Positions 1 through 15,048 of a stretch of DNA of 64,000 nucleotides are shown piece by piece (position 1 is the first letter of the stretch; each line of letters starts with the position of its first letter). The notes beneath the pieces were generated by a model. The model had not been told where the DNA came from, searched no databases, and worked only from the letters and a program-made list of their open reading frames with translations. The position numbers and the translations under genes were made by a program. The stretch comes from Chrysomallon squamiferum (taxonomy: Eukaryota > Animalia > Mollusca): NCBI GenBank assembly GCA_012295275.1, contig CM022673.1, forward strand, positions 1,116,001-1,180,000, given 5' to 3'.

Positions 1-2462
1 ATGCACAAATGCTGTTAAGAAGGGATTTGACCGATTTAAAAAAATAATAAAAAGATTAATTTTTAATAGATTTATTTGAATGCTAATAGTATTATATAAT
101 TTTAAAGAACGTTTTTGTTGTCACTTGATTTTGGTTTCACTTTTTCTTTTAATTAATGGACTGTTTTGGGGTTTTTTCCAAAACCTTTTTAGGAAGATGA
201 TTCCAAATATATCAGATTATGATTATTATTATTATTATGATATTTATTATTATTTTTGTTTTTTAAATCGAAAGATAAAAAAAAAGTAAGTTTTTATATT
301 TATCATTTCAAAAAACAGAAGCATTTATAATATTATATTATATTAGATTTTTTTGTATCTAGATTTAACTGAGGGTAAAAAGGTAAAGAACTAACTAAAT
401 TTAATCAGAAGAGAATTTTAAAAATAAATATATAAAATGTACTCGAAATTATCTTAAAAACTATAAAGTAATCAGATATATTTATATTAAACTTACTCAG
501 GAGAACCATTTTTAACCGTAAGAATTGTTTCACAAATTGTCTTCACCGTTTGTTAATATAACACGAATATTTGAAAAAATTATTAATTATCATACTTTAA
601 ATAGTAACAAGAAGAAAAAATGAAAATAAAAATGTTATTTAATGAAATACCCACCTCAAAAACCAAGTAATCCTAACAACTGAAGTAATGAACTGAAAAG
701 AAAGAACATCTACTTATCCCAGTGCTGGATGTAATGAACTGCGACAACAAGTCTTGCACAGACATCCTCAGAATACAAATGTCAGTCAAGTGATCTTTGA
801 AAAAAGAACCCAGATTAGCTCTTCAAAGACCAACTAAATTGGACTGGGAGAAAAAGAAGAAGGAAAAGAAAAAGACCTACCAAAATAGTGAACAACTTTC
901 TTTGGTCGTCTATCCAGTGGATGGAAATTTTTATTTACTGATGGTGTACTTCTCACATAGACAATCCGAACATGATTTCCTGTCCACCTTCTTGGTGTTC
1001 TGTATCTACTTCTGTCCAAAAGCATAATTTCAGATTTTCAGATGTTCTTAATTACTTTGAAATTCTTAACTAAGTTGCATGATAGATGATACTGGCATGC
1101 TATATTAATTTTCAAGTCCTGTTCTTACAAAACTTTCAACACCAATGCTTGCTGGCTCACATCACTCTTAGCGCTTCCTTGTTTACACGATAGCTCAAAT
1201 GGATGTCCAGATTTTGTTAATCCATGGTAAACTTCACACCAGCTAAACATCCATTAGGGCAAACAAGCCTATCACCAAAGGAGAAACAGATACCACCCAA
1301 AAGTCGATAAAACTCTTAAAATGTTTGTCAACTGTACATGCTGCAGAACCATGATGGAAATTTTATGGTTTTTTTTATATTTAATTTTTTTTTTTAAATA
1401 GACAAAAGTACAAAATATAGTAGTAGAAGTAAAGTTTAATAGAAAAAAAAAAATGTAAACTTTTGCAAAAATGACCTTTTAACAGAAATATTAGGCTAGC
1501 AATTAGAAATTCTGAGAGCCTGTGTGGTATTTACAAAAAAACTAGTCTCTTTATTTGAACTTGGTTTTCTTTGTTGTCCTGTGATGTCTGTGCAAACCAA
1601 CCAGTCGGATTATTTATGCACACCATTATCATCACCATCAGCAGCAGCAGCACAACAACCTATCTGACCAGCATCTCTGAGGATCGTTATCAAATAATGC
1701 ATGCAGACAGAACAATCAGAGCACCACTAGGTATGCCACGACATCCGCTAGACTACAGTGAAAAAATGTCTGAAGTGACAGACTCTTGTCCACTACTTTA
1801 TCCCCGACTTCCGGCTAATAAGAAATGCAAGATATGTGAGCCTTGCTGTTATGTATGAAGACATGAAAATGAAAGCATCATGCCAAGATACTACATCTGA
1901 CACATCTTGTACAAAATAAATTACTTGGAAACAGCAAAGGGAAAATCTGCCAAATGTAATCTGTATTACTTGTCAGGATTAGCAAATCAAACATTAAGAG
2001 TTATGAAACAGTCTACGTATACATGTTGAAACTAGAACAAACTTCCTTTTAATGCAGACACTGTATAAGTAAGATTAATTTAATCAGTATTTTATTTTTT
2101 ATTATTATTATTTTTTTATTTGGTTTCTGTCTTTAACATTTGAAAGGACAAATATAAAAATATTATAAAAATCATGCCAATACTGATAATGTAGCTTTGA
2201 AAAAAAATTGGGATTTTTAATTTCTTTTTAAACTAATTAATATGAAAACATTAAATATATTTTTCTACATTACATGATTAAATGCATTAAAAAAATAAAA
2301 GCATGTTTTTTTTTATAAAATTAATGTACTGTTATCTTTTTCATTTATACATAACTACTACTACTACTACTATTATTATTATCTTACTGAATGCAAATGA
2401 AAAATCATTCTAATTTAAAAAAAAAACAATAATGATAAAACTGAAAAGTAGATATGAATATG

Positions 2463-2501
<39 letters not shown>

Positions 2502-2859
2502 TTACTCAGCCTGTATAAACTTTTTGTAATTTGTAAATGTTTACCTTTTGCTTATGAATACAAACCATTGAAGCCTCCATTCATTTCAAGGATATAAATG
2601 ATATGGATTATATTCAAATAATTTTCTTACAAATTTAATATTACAACATCATACCTATCTAAACATTACTATGTTAATTAAATCTTTTTTTGAAACCATT
2701 TAGAATTATATACAAGCTTGTGACTAAATTCTAATTCACAATTTTTTTTACTTATTATTTATTTTACTTACTTTTAATATAATTTCGTTATTTTATTTCT
2801 ATTTATTGTTATTTTGTTTTTATTAACATTCTTTTCCTCACTTTTCTGGTGGCTATGGC

Positions 2860-2913
<54 letters not shown>

Positions 2914-3663
2914 TAAATAGCAGCTGATAATTTACTTATTGACTTAGCAAAAGAACTTAATATTTAATTTTCAAAAATATATAAACTACTTACCAAACAT
3001 CAGTTTAAAATCTTAATTATATGAGGACACAGTCAATTATAATTCTTCTGTCATCACAAAAATATTTAGTTTCTATTTATTTTGCAAGTCGTCATCAGGA
3101 TAAATGCAAACAATGATTTTCAGGCGAGTGAAATACAAGTGTGTGTGTCACTGTGTTGTAACTTAAATATATCATGCAGTGAAAGGATTAACTACACACT
3201 GACCACACACAACATGTGGTTCACATTCCTTTACAGATAATAATCTAGTTTCTAAATTTTTACTGTTGTCGCTGTTTTCTTGTCACTTGTTTAGTGGTTT
3301 TATTAATAGGTTTCATGTTTAAAGTAAAATATTAAGACACTTTATTACTGTTATTATCTATTTATTTTGGTAATTTATTAATTGATATAAATTTTATCTA
3401 TTTATCTGTTTATCGTTATTTATTAGTATTGCTATAATGTATTTTTTTATTTATTTATTACTACCATTATAAAATTTATTATTATTACTTATTTACTTAC
3501 TTAAAACTTTAAATATCTGGGTGCACGAAGGTGATTTTGTTCATAACATTAATTCAAAATGCTTTAATTATCATATAAATTTGTATCTATTTTCTTAAAA
3601 ACTTGCAGTGCCATGATTATTAATACAAAGAGATAAAGGTTTAAACTGTGTAGTACACAGTCT

Positions 3664-3725
3664 CACCCACACACACCCACACACACCCACACACACACCC
3701 ACACCCACCCACACACACACACACA

Positions 3726-3798
<73 letters not shown>

Positions 3799-3813
3799 CC
3801 ACACACACACACA
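3664..3813. repeat. (CA)n microsatellite
   Basis: Long imperfect CA run. Similar CA/GT tracts lie at ~4403, 7402, 14109, 28069, 57351 and 63273. Confidence 0.95.
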
Positions 3814-4398
3814 TGTAGATGTGTGTGTATATGTGTGTGTGTGTGTTTTGTTAATTTTTAATTTTTATTTATTTTATTTTATTTCATTTTTCTTTTTTCT
3901 TTTATTATTATTTTTTTCTTCTAAATATTCTTTTTGTAATTATCAGTTTATCAGCTGTACATTATACTGATTTATTATTTTCTTTTTATTTTCTTAATAA
4001 AAACACCAGATGTGACATTATGAAGTGGTGCTAACCTAAATATCACAGATATAGCTAAGATTAGAATAACATACTGTAAAATGATGAAACTGATCATTTA
4101 AAAAAAAGAAAAAAAAAGGTAATTTTGTTATTGAATAATATCATTTTATATATTAAAACAAATCTAAGATCTATGTTAATTCTCATTTATCTGTTAATAA
4201 AGTTGAAATATTTAATCATGATATTTTAATATGGTTGCTATCAAGGCTTCAGTTAAAATGTATTTTTAAAAAACAAAATACTCTACTGGAAAAACAAATT
4301 CATGTCTTTTTACATATTGAATGCGATCATTACAAAAATCCACAAAGACTGAGTCAATAATATTTTTTTTTTTTTATAAAGCCAACCCAACCAAAAAC

Positions 4399-4444
<46 letters not shown>

Positions 4445-5669
4445 ATATGCTCTATTGGCCTCTTTTCATATTAATCCTGTGTAACAGAAACCACTGTGAA
4501 CTGTGAAAAACCTTTAACATCATTAAGTGTGACCATTTCCTTAATTGTTTAACAAAACAGCTGCCAGTAAAATTAAGTCCTTATAATAATTGCTTCCTGT
4601 GCACTTATTTCAAAGTAAATAAACACTTAAACTTGTTTATAGACATATATAGGCAACATAATAAAGAGAAGGAGAAAAAAAAATCTATGTTCATGCTGTC
4701 AAGATTTTTTTTTAATGAAAGAATTTTTCTATTTACTTAACAATTTGTATTTTTTTTTTTTCTTTTCTGTTATCTTATCTTTTTGTGTGTGGAGTATATC
4801 TTGCTAGATTTTACAATTTAATGTTATTTATTTAATGGAAAACTTCAGTTAATAAATAAAAAACGGTTAACTAAAAGAATTGCGATTGCAAAATCAATGT
4901 CATCTGTTTTAATATAATTTTGAAGATGTGATTAAGAAAAAAATATATACAATATTCTTTTTATAGTTTTCATAATAAATTAATATTTAATGATAGTCTA
5001 AACTTTTGTTGCTAATGCCTTCATTGTTTTCTTTCTTTTTACTTTAGGAAATTTTTTTTAAAAAAACATTTTAAAACTTTTGTAATAGTTTACATGACCA
5101 AAAATAAAAATGAATAATTATTTTTACTGAAAGAAATGTTTAAAAGAATAAACAAAGCTAAATTAAAATTCAAAATCTAAATTTAGAAAAATGTTGATAC
5201 AAAAATGTTTGTATTTACTCTGTAAAAAATCCTGAAAAGAAAAGGTCAGTGTTTGAAACTGTAATGTAAATCCATTGTCAACAGTTGTGATTTTTTTTAG
5301 TGTGTTTTTTTTTTTCTCTTTGCATTTGTTTGTTTTCATGCATGTGGATATTTTGTTTTGATTTTTTTTGTGGGTTTTTTCACAAATTAAAAATATTTAA
5401 GTTTTAATTTTCTAGAATATTCAAATAAAATGGTTAATTATATGTTTAAGATACGTAAAAAATAAATAAAATTAAATAAAATTAAAAATAATAAAAAAAT
5501 TCTGCTAATCCTAAATAGTATAGAGTGTATTAACAAAGAATTTTGACAACACAATTTTATATAAAATACTGCAGGAGTATATCAGTATCAGCAATCAAAG
5601 ATTTAGAAAATTATCTGAGAAATAATTTTTTTTTTTTTATCCAATCCTTGAAAAGTCAATAAATCATAA

Positions 5670-6180
5670 TAAACATGAAAGATACCAAATTTCATCAATA
5701 AATGTTTATAAATTTATCAATGGTTAAGACAACAGATATCTATAAATCATTTAGTCTTCAAAGTGTTTAAAGTATCTCAGATAATTCAAAATTATAAGAT
5801 GACGCTATGTTATTTGAAAATAACACATACATTATCAACAGATGTAAAAACTGTCAAAGGTTAAAGACAACAAAAATCTGTAAAATTTCATTCGAAGTGT
5901 CTAAAAGCACAAGTAAATCAGACAGAAAGATTTCTATAGATAATGCCATAATCTTCGAAGATACCACATTTTATGAATAAATATGTTTAAAAATTGTCAA
6001 AGCATCAAAATGAGTAGAATGTGTATAAATTAGTTTAAGTTTTCAAACGTGTCTGTAACATATGATAACATTAATTTATGCAGATGATGTCAGATTATTT
6101 TTGTAACTGGGAAGATAACCCAGTGAGTCAATAAATGTATTCATATATTATCCAAAGATTAAATCAAATCTATAAATGTT
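5670..6180 (+). repeat. Degenerate ~140-150-bp tandem array (about 4 units)
   Basis: Recurring gaagatacc...caataaatgt...tcaa.g.ttaa.ac...tctataaa...ttc.aagtgt at about 5677, 5817, 5957 and 6111. Confidence 0.55.
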
Positions 6181-7097
6181 TTATTCAAATTTATAAACTA
6201 TTTGGTCAAATTTATTTAATCTTTTAACAGTTTTAATAAATGAGGTAAAATTCTGTACATGCAGATACTGAAATTTTGCTGAAAATACTGCACTTACTGT
6301 ATAATTTAGTAAATTAGTGAATGACACCTACCCTCAAAATTGTAGCGAAAAGATGTCAAAGCAACCATATGTCTTTGTTCACAGTTAACACAAAAATAAA
6401 CGTGTCACATTATTAAGCAGCTTAGACCAAATACTTTTATCTTTAAGGAAATGTTTAAGTTATGTGGCCCGTAAGACTGTTGAACATAAGTTTATTTATC
6501 TTTTTCTTGTCACTTTTTGTATGCTGCAGTTGATGGATGCACATCATAAAATTCAGTGTTAAATGTTTTTAAATTCTTTTGATGTTGTATTATGAGCTTG
6601 TTTAAATGTCTGTTACTTTTTTTTTAATTAAAATTTATAAAAATGTTATTTTTTTTTTTTTTTTTTTTTTTTTAAATCCAAATGGATAGAGTGAATATAG
6701 AGGTATATTTGGTAGAAAATCTGTGAGAATAGCTTGGTTCAACTGTATTAAGATTTATAGTGATAAAGTCATAAAATGAAAGGAATGTTGTATTTTATTT
6801 GTAAAAGAAGTGATTGTTTTATAGTCCCTGTTCTTGGGTGGGAGCCCATTACTTTCATCAGACTGTCAAAAAGTCAGGTTCATGAAACAATTAGGAACAC
6901 TGTATGTTTGGGGATTTTTTTTTTTTTTGTATTTCAACATTTCTTTTATTTATTTTTTTTCAAAAAGGCATAAAACAACAAGAATATCAGTTCTTTGTTT
7001 TCCTGATACAAACACAAATTATTAAATAGTGTAAGTAATTTATTCACCACAGACCTGATCCACATTTCTATAATAAAGATATTAACAATGTACTTAC

Positions 7098-7160
7098 GTT
7101 TGAGAAGACGTCCATCTTGTGGATGCTTCGTGTACACTGAAACATGTCGGTGAACGGCAC
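7098..7160 (-). CDS. Isolated 63-nt internal exon of an unidentified minus-strand gene
   Basis: Strong acceptor ttttaatttcag and donor gtaagt flank a GC-richer 63-nt block. All three frames are open (phase 1: GAVHRHVSVYTKHPQDGRLLK; phase 0: VPFTDMFQCTRSIHKMDVFSN). Confidence 0.6.
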
Positions 7161-7399
7161 CTGAAATTAAAAACTTATTTAGTAAAACAGTTTCTGTGTT
7201 CTGAAACACTGCAACATGCTTACAACATTAGTAAAGTTACAGTCACATTCCAAACATAACATCACACCATTTTATCATCCCAGTCACAATCTCTGCAGTT
7301 ATAAAAATCTAAATAGGTATCAGATACCAAAACAACAAATACTGTCAAAAGAATAAAGTGTTTTCAGTTTATACACACACAAACATGAACCCATACCCA

Positions 7400-7467
<68 letters not shown>

Positions 7468-10400
7468 CAGGCCTATATACACATAAAATAAAAATTGAAT
7501 CTACTGATTATAAAATGACATTATCATGGCTTAGGTTGATATTTTGTACATATCATCACAAATTTATTTTTATTATTAGTTGGTTCTTTTCCATTAAACA
7601 TTAAAAAAAACTGAATTTAATAGTTATGCAGGCTATACATAAAGAGTTAATTTTTTTTTTCCCCTGACAGACATATGCATATATTTTCTGTATACTGTTA
7701 TATTTTCATAAACAACATAATAACTCCATAATAACACATGGTGTCTTTTCATAATCTGTTTGGAACTTGACTATATCGTTTTATACCATTTGTATTATTT
7801 TCTTTATCTTGCATACAGAATAACTTTTTAAATATATTCCGTTGTAAGTTTTCGTATTTCGTTCATGGTTATAATGGAACCAGTATTTAAAAGATAGATC
7901 GTTTTGTTTCTTTTAGTTATAATGAATGTAATGTGGATTTTTTAGTTTTTCTGAGGCTTTTTTTGTCTTTGTTATTGACAATGCTTATGTTATTAATTCT
8001 TTTTTCTTCACCATAAAAAGTAAAATGCCTCGAACACTATCATCAGAAGAAAAAAAAAAGGGGGTACAAATCAATATTAAGCATTCATTATTTTGGCACT
8101 AAAATCTATAAACCTAATCCATTCGAGAGGTTGGAAGGTTAATGAATGCAGTGTTAATACTGTCACCTCATGTTTCTAATTTGGCAGCAAAGGGGCACTT
8201 TTCACTGGCAAAGGAATTAACTTAAATCAGAGGCTTTCTCTTACAACCATCTTTAGATGAATCTGCTTTAAATCCTGGTTAATCTCACTCTGTAAAAAGG
8301 ATAAGAAGAAAAAAAAAAATGTCTGAGTCTGTAAGTCTCTGAAATCTAACAACAGTGCGCAGTTCAGAGCTTCTACATACAGTCACATGTCCATGTAAAG
8401 ACCCAGACCAGACACTGCTGCAGATCTGTGTTTGTGCACATCAGACAGAGATCCTAAAAAGAAATTGTGAATCTCTGCTCATGGATGGGAGAAAAACTGA
8501 TGCCGGATCCTCTAGTCAAAGAACAAACCTTCAACAAGGCAGTGCGAAGTTGCGCGTCATGCTGCAATGATTATTAAGGGTGGAAGTATCCAGCATTCCA
8601 CCTCGTTCCTTTGACAGAACAAAATGTATTCAAGTTTAAAGAAATGTTTTCGATTTAAGTAAAAATTTGTCAAAAACAATTGATAAAATTGACATTCAAA
8701 AAAAGAAAAGTTAATGTAACATCAGTGATAAATGGACATACAATAAAGAGGCAAAACTGCAAAAGCTAAAGTAAAAACAAAACTTCTTGCTCCCAATAAT
8801 TGTATGGATAAAAATATTATTTTACTAAATATTAAAATAATTATATATATATATATTATATAAAAAATAATAATAATCAAGGATTAAATATTATTTTTTG
8901 CCAACATTAACACTAATGCAGAATATTTTTTAAGGTGTTGAATAGTTATGATATGGTAATAATGCACTTTTGTTTAAAATATATTTTTTCTAAATACAAT
9001 GATAGAAATCCAAATTTAATTTTAAAAATAATAATAAAATAACATAATACATTTAACAACATAAAAAAAAGAAAAAATGCGTAAAATGTGAAAATTGAAA
9101 ACAATCTTTTGAAATCTAACATTTGGATGAAAATCAAAAAAAAAAAAAAAAAAAAAGGCCAAAATATGCTAACCAAAAATTTGTGGTAGATTAAACGAGA
9201 GTTTTAGCAAGTGAAAATATTGACTGAAAAAAGATTACTTCTTAGGTGTCAAGCCACCATTCGTAACCTGTAAATCTTTATAACACTTGACCTTGAAACA
9301 CAGCCAACCCAAACCCCACCAAAAACCCAGATTACAAGATTTCAAATAGAAAACATTTGTTTGTTACACCTGCATGCATGATCCTTTTAATCACTGCTAT
9401 TAACAGGCCATAATTATGTCATGTGGCTCCTTGGAAAAGAAAATGTTGAATCTTCAACACATCAATAATAATTCTAAAAGAAATTTCACAGATGGCAACC
9501 AACTGAAACAGCTGCAGGATCAGCTCTTTTCAAAGAGAAATTGGGCTATGTTTCCAGTTCTAGTTACTGCTCCACACCTGACTTGTTCATCGACAGTTGT
9601 CCTATGAATGCATGTAAAAGTTATGTTCCTGCTAATCAAAACGAAATAACCCATATTGTTACTTTTATCATTATTTGTGTGAGTCTTACATGTGATACCA
9701 TGTAACCATAGATATAATAAAGGGAGTTAATATCATTAAATAAAGTATTTGTTCCTTATTTTGTTTGAAATAATTGTCTTTAGTAACTCTTTTACTGTCA
9801 AGTTATGTGAAGCATACATTTACTGGCATTCAATACTTGCAATGCTGATAATAAAACTATTTCATTCTGAAATATTTGTCTTTCCTTGAAACTGAAGTAT
9901 TCTGTAGAGTATTTTAAACCTAAACAGTAAGGAAAACAATTGTAAAATACACAATTCACAAACAAAAAGCATAACAACAAACAAAAGGATTAATTACAGT
10001 ACAATATAATATACACTGAAGATGTCCAAATACATACATTAAGTGTCTGTAAGTGCAAAGAATAAATGCCTACATACTTTATACATACATACACACATCT
10101 ATATATATATATATGCATAAACAAAAAATAATATTTCGAACTAAAAAAAAAAAAATAAGCTAAAAGAAAATAAACACAAGATTTTCTAATTTTACATGTC
10201 CGTACCATTTTAATAATATGGCAATGAGATCATTTAGATATTAGTAAATTAATTTCCAAGTTGTATTACCATATTATTAATTGTATGTACAAAATCGAAA
10301 TTCATAAAGTCACAGTTCAATAAGAATTGTTTAAATATATATATATAATTTTCTATTTTCTCTTCTTCATTTTCTTGTTTTTATCAACAATCAAAAGTAA

Positions 10401-10477
10401 TAGAAAAAATAGTCAAACTACTTGAAGTGAAGAATGGATGAATCCATCACCAGAAGTTAGAACATTTCTGTTCTTAC

Positions 10478-10670
10478 CTTGTTTACCATGACACTTTTTT
10501 GCACGAACTCCTCGAAGCCAATTCAGAACCAGGTTCCAAGTATTTGTGTCATTTTCTTTGCAGGATTTTTCTTTTTTTTTAGTAACAATTTCTTCAGAAA
10601 GGTTTGCAAGTGTTTTATTGTCTTGTGCTTCCAGCCACTTTTTATCATTTAAGCTGTCTGCCCAAACCAT
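10478..10670 (-). CDS. Possible (alternative) first coding exon of the unidentified left-hand gene
   Basis: The ATG-initiated, protein-like ORF MVWADSLNDKKWLEAQDNK...CHGKQ ends at a strong donor CAAG|gtaaga in phase 1, compatible with the 7098-7160 exon. Confidence 0.35.
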
Positions 10671-13600
10671 TGTGAAATACTTGTTTTGATTAGGGTTTGG
10701 TTTTTTGGTATTTTTTTTTTTGTTATTAATGAATTAATTTAAAAAAAAATTCTTACTGACAATTATTTTGTACCTGAAATTCACATGAATTTTTACATCT
10801 AATTTTCAACCTTACAGAAAACAGATGTCAATAAAACGACTTTGAAGTATGCTGAATTACTTGAATGCACAAGAAATATGTAACACTGCAGTATCCACAT
10901 CCACACAGTTTTAGTGAACTTTCAATGTAATTTAATTAATACAAAATGAGTGAAGATGGTGAAAGTTATCAAAACAAGGTAATACTTTCTGATGAATATT
11001 ACGAAGTTCCCACAGAGCTGGTGTCTTGAAAACTGTCCAAATGGTGAAATGCACAGTCCCACTGTGAACACATGTATGAGAAACGTCAAATACTTGTTAA
11101 ATCATCTAAGCTTACCACACTTATTACTCCACAATTAGCAAAACTGCCACTTATGGTGCTCGTATATCAATCAAAAACACTTGCAAGGACAGAGAGTAAT
11201 AGGTTTAAATACTGTTAATAGCTTTTGGAAAAGCTGGTTAAACTTCAAGAAGAGAAAATATCTGAATAAATTATGTGATTTTTCATCCACTTGCAGTTAT
11301 GAAGTTTTTGGATTTAGTATATACTTTGAATAAAAAACACTTTATACAGAAGTTTTTATAAGAAACAGAAAAATATATTGGTGAAAAAAATAAATGGAAG
11401 TAACTTTTTTCTTTCTATGAACTTCAGACCGCAAAGACTTCTGAAATATTTCCAAATACTAACAATTTGTTACTGAAGCCAATCAGAAACCAAGTAGCAG
11501 CATTCACAGTAAACGATACTAATGGTTTTCAGAATTACTTTTAGAATAAACTGGTTTCCACAGATGTCTGCAATAATTACAAATATTCTTTATAAAATTT
11601 TAATCACATTGATTTAGTACTATTAAATCTGTTTTGAAAATCATCCATGTTATCCAAATCATAAATCAAAACTGAAAAATGATGTTCTTCACCGTATCAA
11701 CAAAATTTCTCAATCTGTACAAAAATCGTCTCTTCAGGTGTTATTAGATCTCTGCATTTGAAAATTCAGTTCTGACAGTATTTAACACGTCTTTCATCTT
11801 AACCAAAAGATATGTCAAAACTAAAAAAAAAATATTTCTTTCGCCCAGAGCTGAAGTCCAGATATCAACAAACTGTCTCGATCTTTGCAAAAACTGTTCT
11901 CTTCAGGTGTTACAAGATCTCTGCATATGAAAGTTGGATATTGAAAGTATTTAACGTGACTTGTGGCCAGCTGTGTGATTGGCTGTTGCTGTTTACTCAC
12001 AAGAAAAGTTTACAAACAAAACAAAACCAAAGAACATCTCAGGTTTTTTGGTTCCCAATGTCTTCGCAATCACGTCTAAGCAAGACAATGGAGACTGGGG
12101 ACAAGTACACAGCCCGCTCCCTAGTTAACACTGACTCACAGATCTGTCTAGCAAACCCAGTGTGTTAGACACACAGCCAATCTCGTGGCTGCAGAAACAA
12201 CACATAAACCTGACTTCTGCAACAACATTATCAAGAATAAATATGCACAGTGGACTGGGTAATTCTGAACTGAAACAAAAAGATGTTTTACAATGACTGT
12301 CAGGCAGCCGTAATCAAACAGAAATAAAATGAACCTAAATTTGGAGATCAACAAAATATTCCAATCCATGTGACTTTAAATGCATATTTATTCTAAAATT
12401 ATAATGAGCAGTATAAACAGCTGAAGAAAGAAATAGACATAAAATAAAGATCAAATATTTATCTTCTGGTGAAACTGGAAGAGCAGACAGATAAGAATAA
12501 ATCAAGTCATATTTGTAAAATATTTTTTTTTTTAATAGACACATGAAGAAAACTAATCATAATGCCAGTGTAAGCAATATATTAATCATGGTAATTTGTG
12601 ATAAATATGTTTATAAAAATACAGGTAAATAAATCTATATTATACTTGATTAAGCCTAAAATTAAAACAATACTTTACCAAATGATTTAATGCATTAAAA
12701 AAAAGATGGGGTTTTTTTGTTTGTTTTTTTGTGTTTTTGGGGGGGATTTTTTGACTGCATTTCTGTACTACTTACAATCTAGAACTAATCTTTAAATTAA
12801 ATGATATTGTTTATTAATCATTTTTAAAATTTTATGTAACAATGATTTGTTTTACACATATAATTCAAATTTTTATATGAAAGACCAAAATAAGGGTTCC
12901 CTAGCTATATCATTTACAAACTGATCTGATTAAAATAATATGTAAATTTTTTTATAAAAACAAAGTCATGTTAAACAGTCTGATTCCATCATTCTTATTA
13001 TTATGATAAAAAAAGAAGTTACAGATGACTTTCACTGTTTAGTAATAGTAATTTATAAAGTCGTATGATGTTTAAGTGGGTAACCATCCTGCATGTTCAG
13101 ACAACTCAACTGAAAACACTGAATATTGTTTGTATTTTACAATATATCTCAAAACATCAATCTATCAAATTATCACAACTCTACCCATTTACTGTTTGGT
13201 AAACCACACTTTAATTTTCAAGATATTACAACATTTTTAAATCACTTAAGAATTTGTTAAACCGTACTGAACAACAAACTGTACAGAATTTCATTATAAG
13301 CAGATAATTGATACTGCTGCACAAAGTGTAAATAATTGATAAGAAGCATTAAAACAAATAATAATGGGAAAAAAATGTTAATTAATTAACTGAATTTAAT
13401 TAAATTAAAATAAATATTAACTGACCTTTAGGATAAAAGGTGCGATGTTTCTTCAAGCACAGACAACCAATAGTCAACAATTTAGGTCTTATCCAATCAC
13501 GTGGGAAATTATTTTTCTTCTCTTTCAAATATTTCATTTCAACTTTTTCAAAATTTAAAAATACTTTAAACAGTAGAAGAAAAATACAGCAAAATTTTCA

Positions 13601-14128
13601 AATTAAAAAAAACGTGAAAATCGTGACAAAAAAAAGAAGAAAAAAAGTGCTACAATTTAAACATCAACTGTTTTGTACAGTACTTTTTTTTTTTCTTTTT
13701 AGTATCCCAAAACAAACTCCTTCTACATAACATCACATTTAAATGTCAGTTTGCGTGAAAAGTGTCACAAGTTGTCACAGGAGCCCAGTGAACTGTCAGC
13801 AGGAGACTTAAAAAGATGAACTACACTAAGCACTAACTGTATAGAAAAAAAAAAAAAAAGGCTTACACCTGGTTCACTGTCTAGCTTCACATCTGATTAA
13901 CTACATCATTCTAGCAATTATCTGCCATCCAAGCTGAACCCTGGATCATTAACAGCTGAACATGACTGCATTTTCTATTACACAATTAATTAGTTACAAG
14001 CAAACCGTTTGGCCTTTTTTATCTGGAGGTGGATATTTAATACAATTATCTTGCCTCCACATGTTTTTTTATTTGAAGGAAAATTTTGAGATGCAACCTA
14101 GATAGACAGTGTGGGTGTGTCTGTGTCT

Positions 14129-14205
<77 letters not shown>

Positions 14206-14913
14206 TGTGTGTGTGTCTGAATGTGTGCCTCTGCATGTATGTGTGTATGAGAAAGCCATTGGTTTTAAAAAATATTAAGTTTATTTATCATTTACTTCAT
14301 TTTTTTTTCTCACTTATTCTTTGAAATCCCTTCACTGGGATATTATTAATCAATCACTGCTTAAATGTTCAAACTCACCAATTCTGTTTCGGTCGTCATA
14401 TTTTATTTGTGTTGGTATCCTTTCCAAATTCCAACTGCGATTTTTAGAAAACCGTTTCATCGTGATACATGCATAAAGAATTTTATTAATCAAATTAAAA
14501 TATTGCTGTCAATCTTCCAGAAAATCTTCTGCGCTATTCCACTGATAAGAAAACATTTTCCTACACTGAATCATCAAAATGGTTTTTGTGAACGCAAACA
14601 AAAGTCATTATCTGTCTATGAAGTCCATGTATATGCATTGTTTATCCGAGGGCCAGTTACTACCTACATGTAGGCTGGGCAAAGTTAATCACCACGCTAT
14701 CATTGTTTAAACAAGAACAATCAACCTAGATGGTGGGAAAGATGCCAAACTAATCTGTCATGCTTTTTCACTTTTTTTATTTTTATTTTTTTTTAATTTT
14801 TTAGTTGTTTTTTTGTGACATCAAAAAATGAACTTTGTGTTTCAGTTAATTTAATGTAAATATTCAGTTATTATGTTTTTTGTGGGTTTTACTTTTTTAA
14901 TTACTAGAAGATG

Positions 14914-15048
14914 GCTTTTAATTTTTAGTTTCCATACTTTTTTTATAAAAGGATGATAACGTGGATAATTAAAAAAAAAGCTTTTAATTTTTAGTTTCCA
15001 TACTTTTTTTTATAAAAGGATGATAACGTGGATAATTAAAAAAAAAAG
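14914..15048 (+). repeat. Near-perfect ~67-bp tandem duplication
   Basis: gcttttaatttttagtttccatac(T)n ataaaaggatgataacgtggataatt(A)n occurs twice; the copies differ only in homopolymer length. Confidence 0.9.

Noticed and set aside
655-1860. Possible exons or ORFs at the left edge (834-1025 -, 1571-1858 +, 38-nt exon ending at donor 655)
   Set aside because: No recognisable protein and no unambiguous phase-compatible model; may be UTR or regulatory DNA.
5670-6180. Spaced repeats as a CRISPR-like array
   Set aside because: The context is eukaryotic, the units are degenerate along their whole length, and there is no repeat-spacer structure or cas gene.
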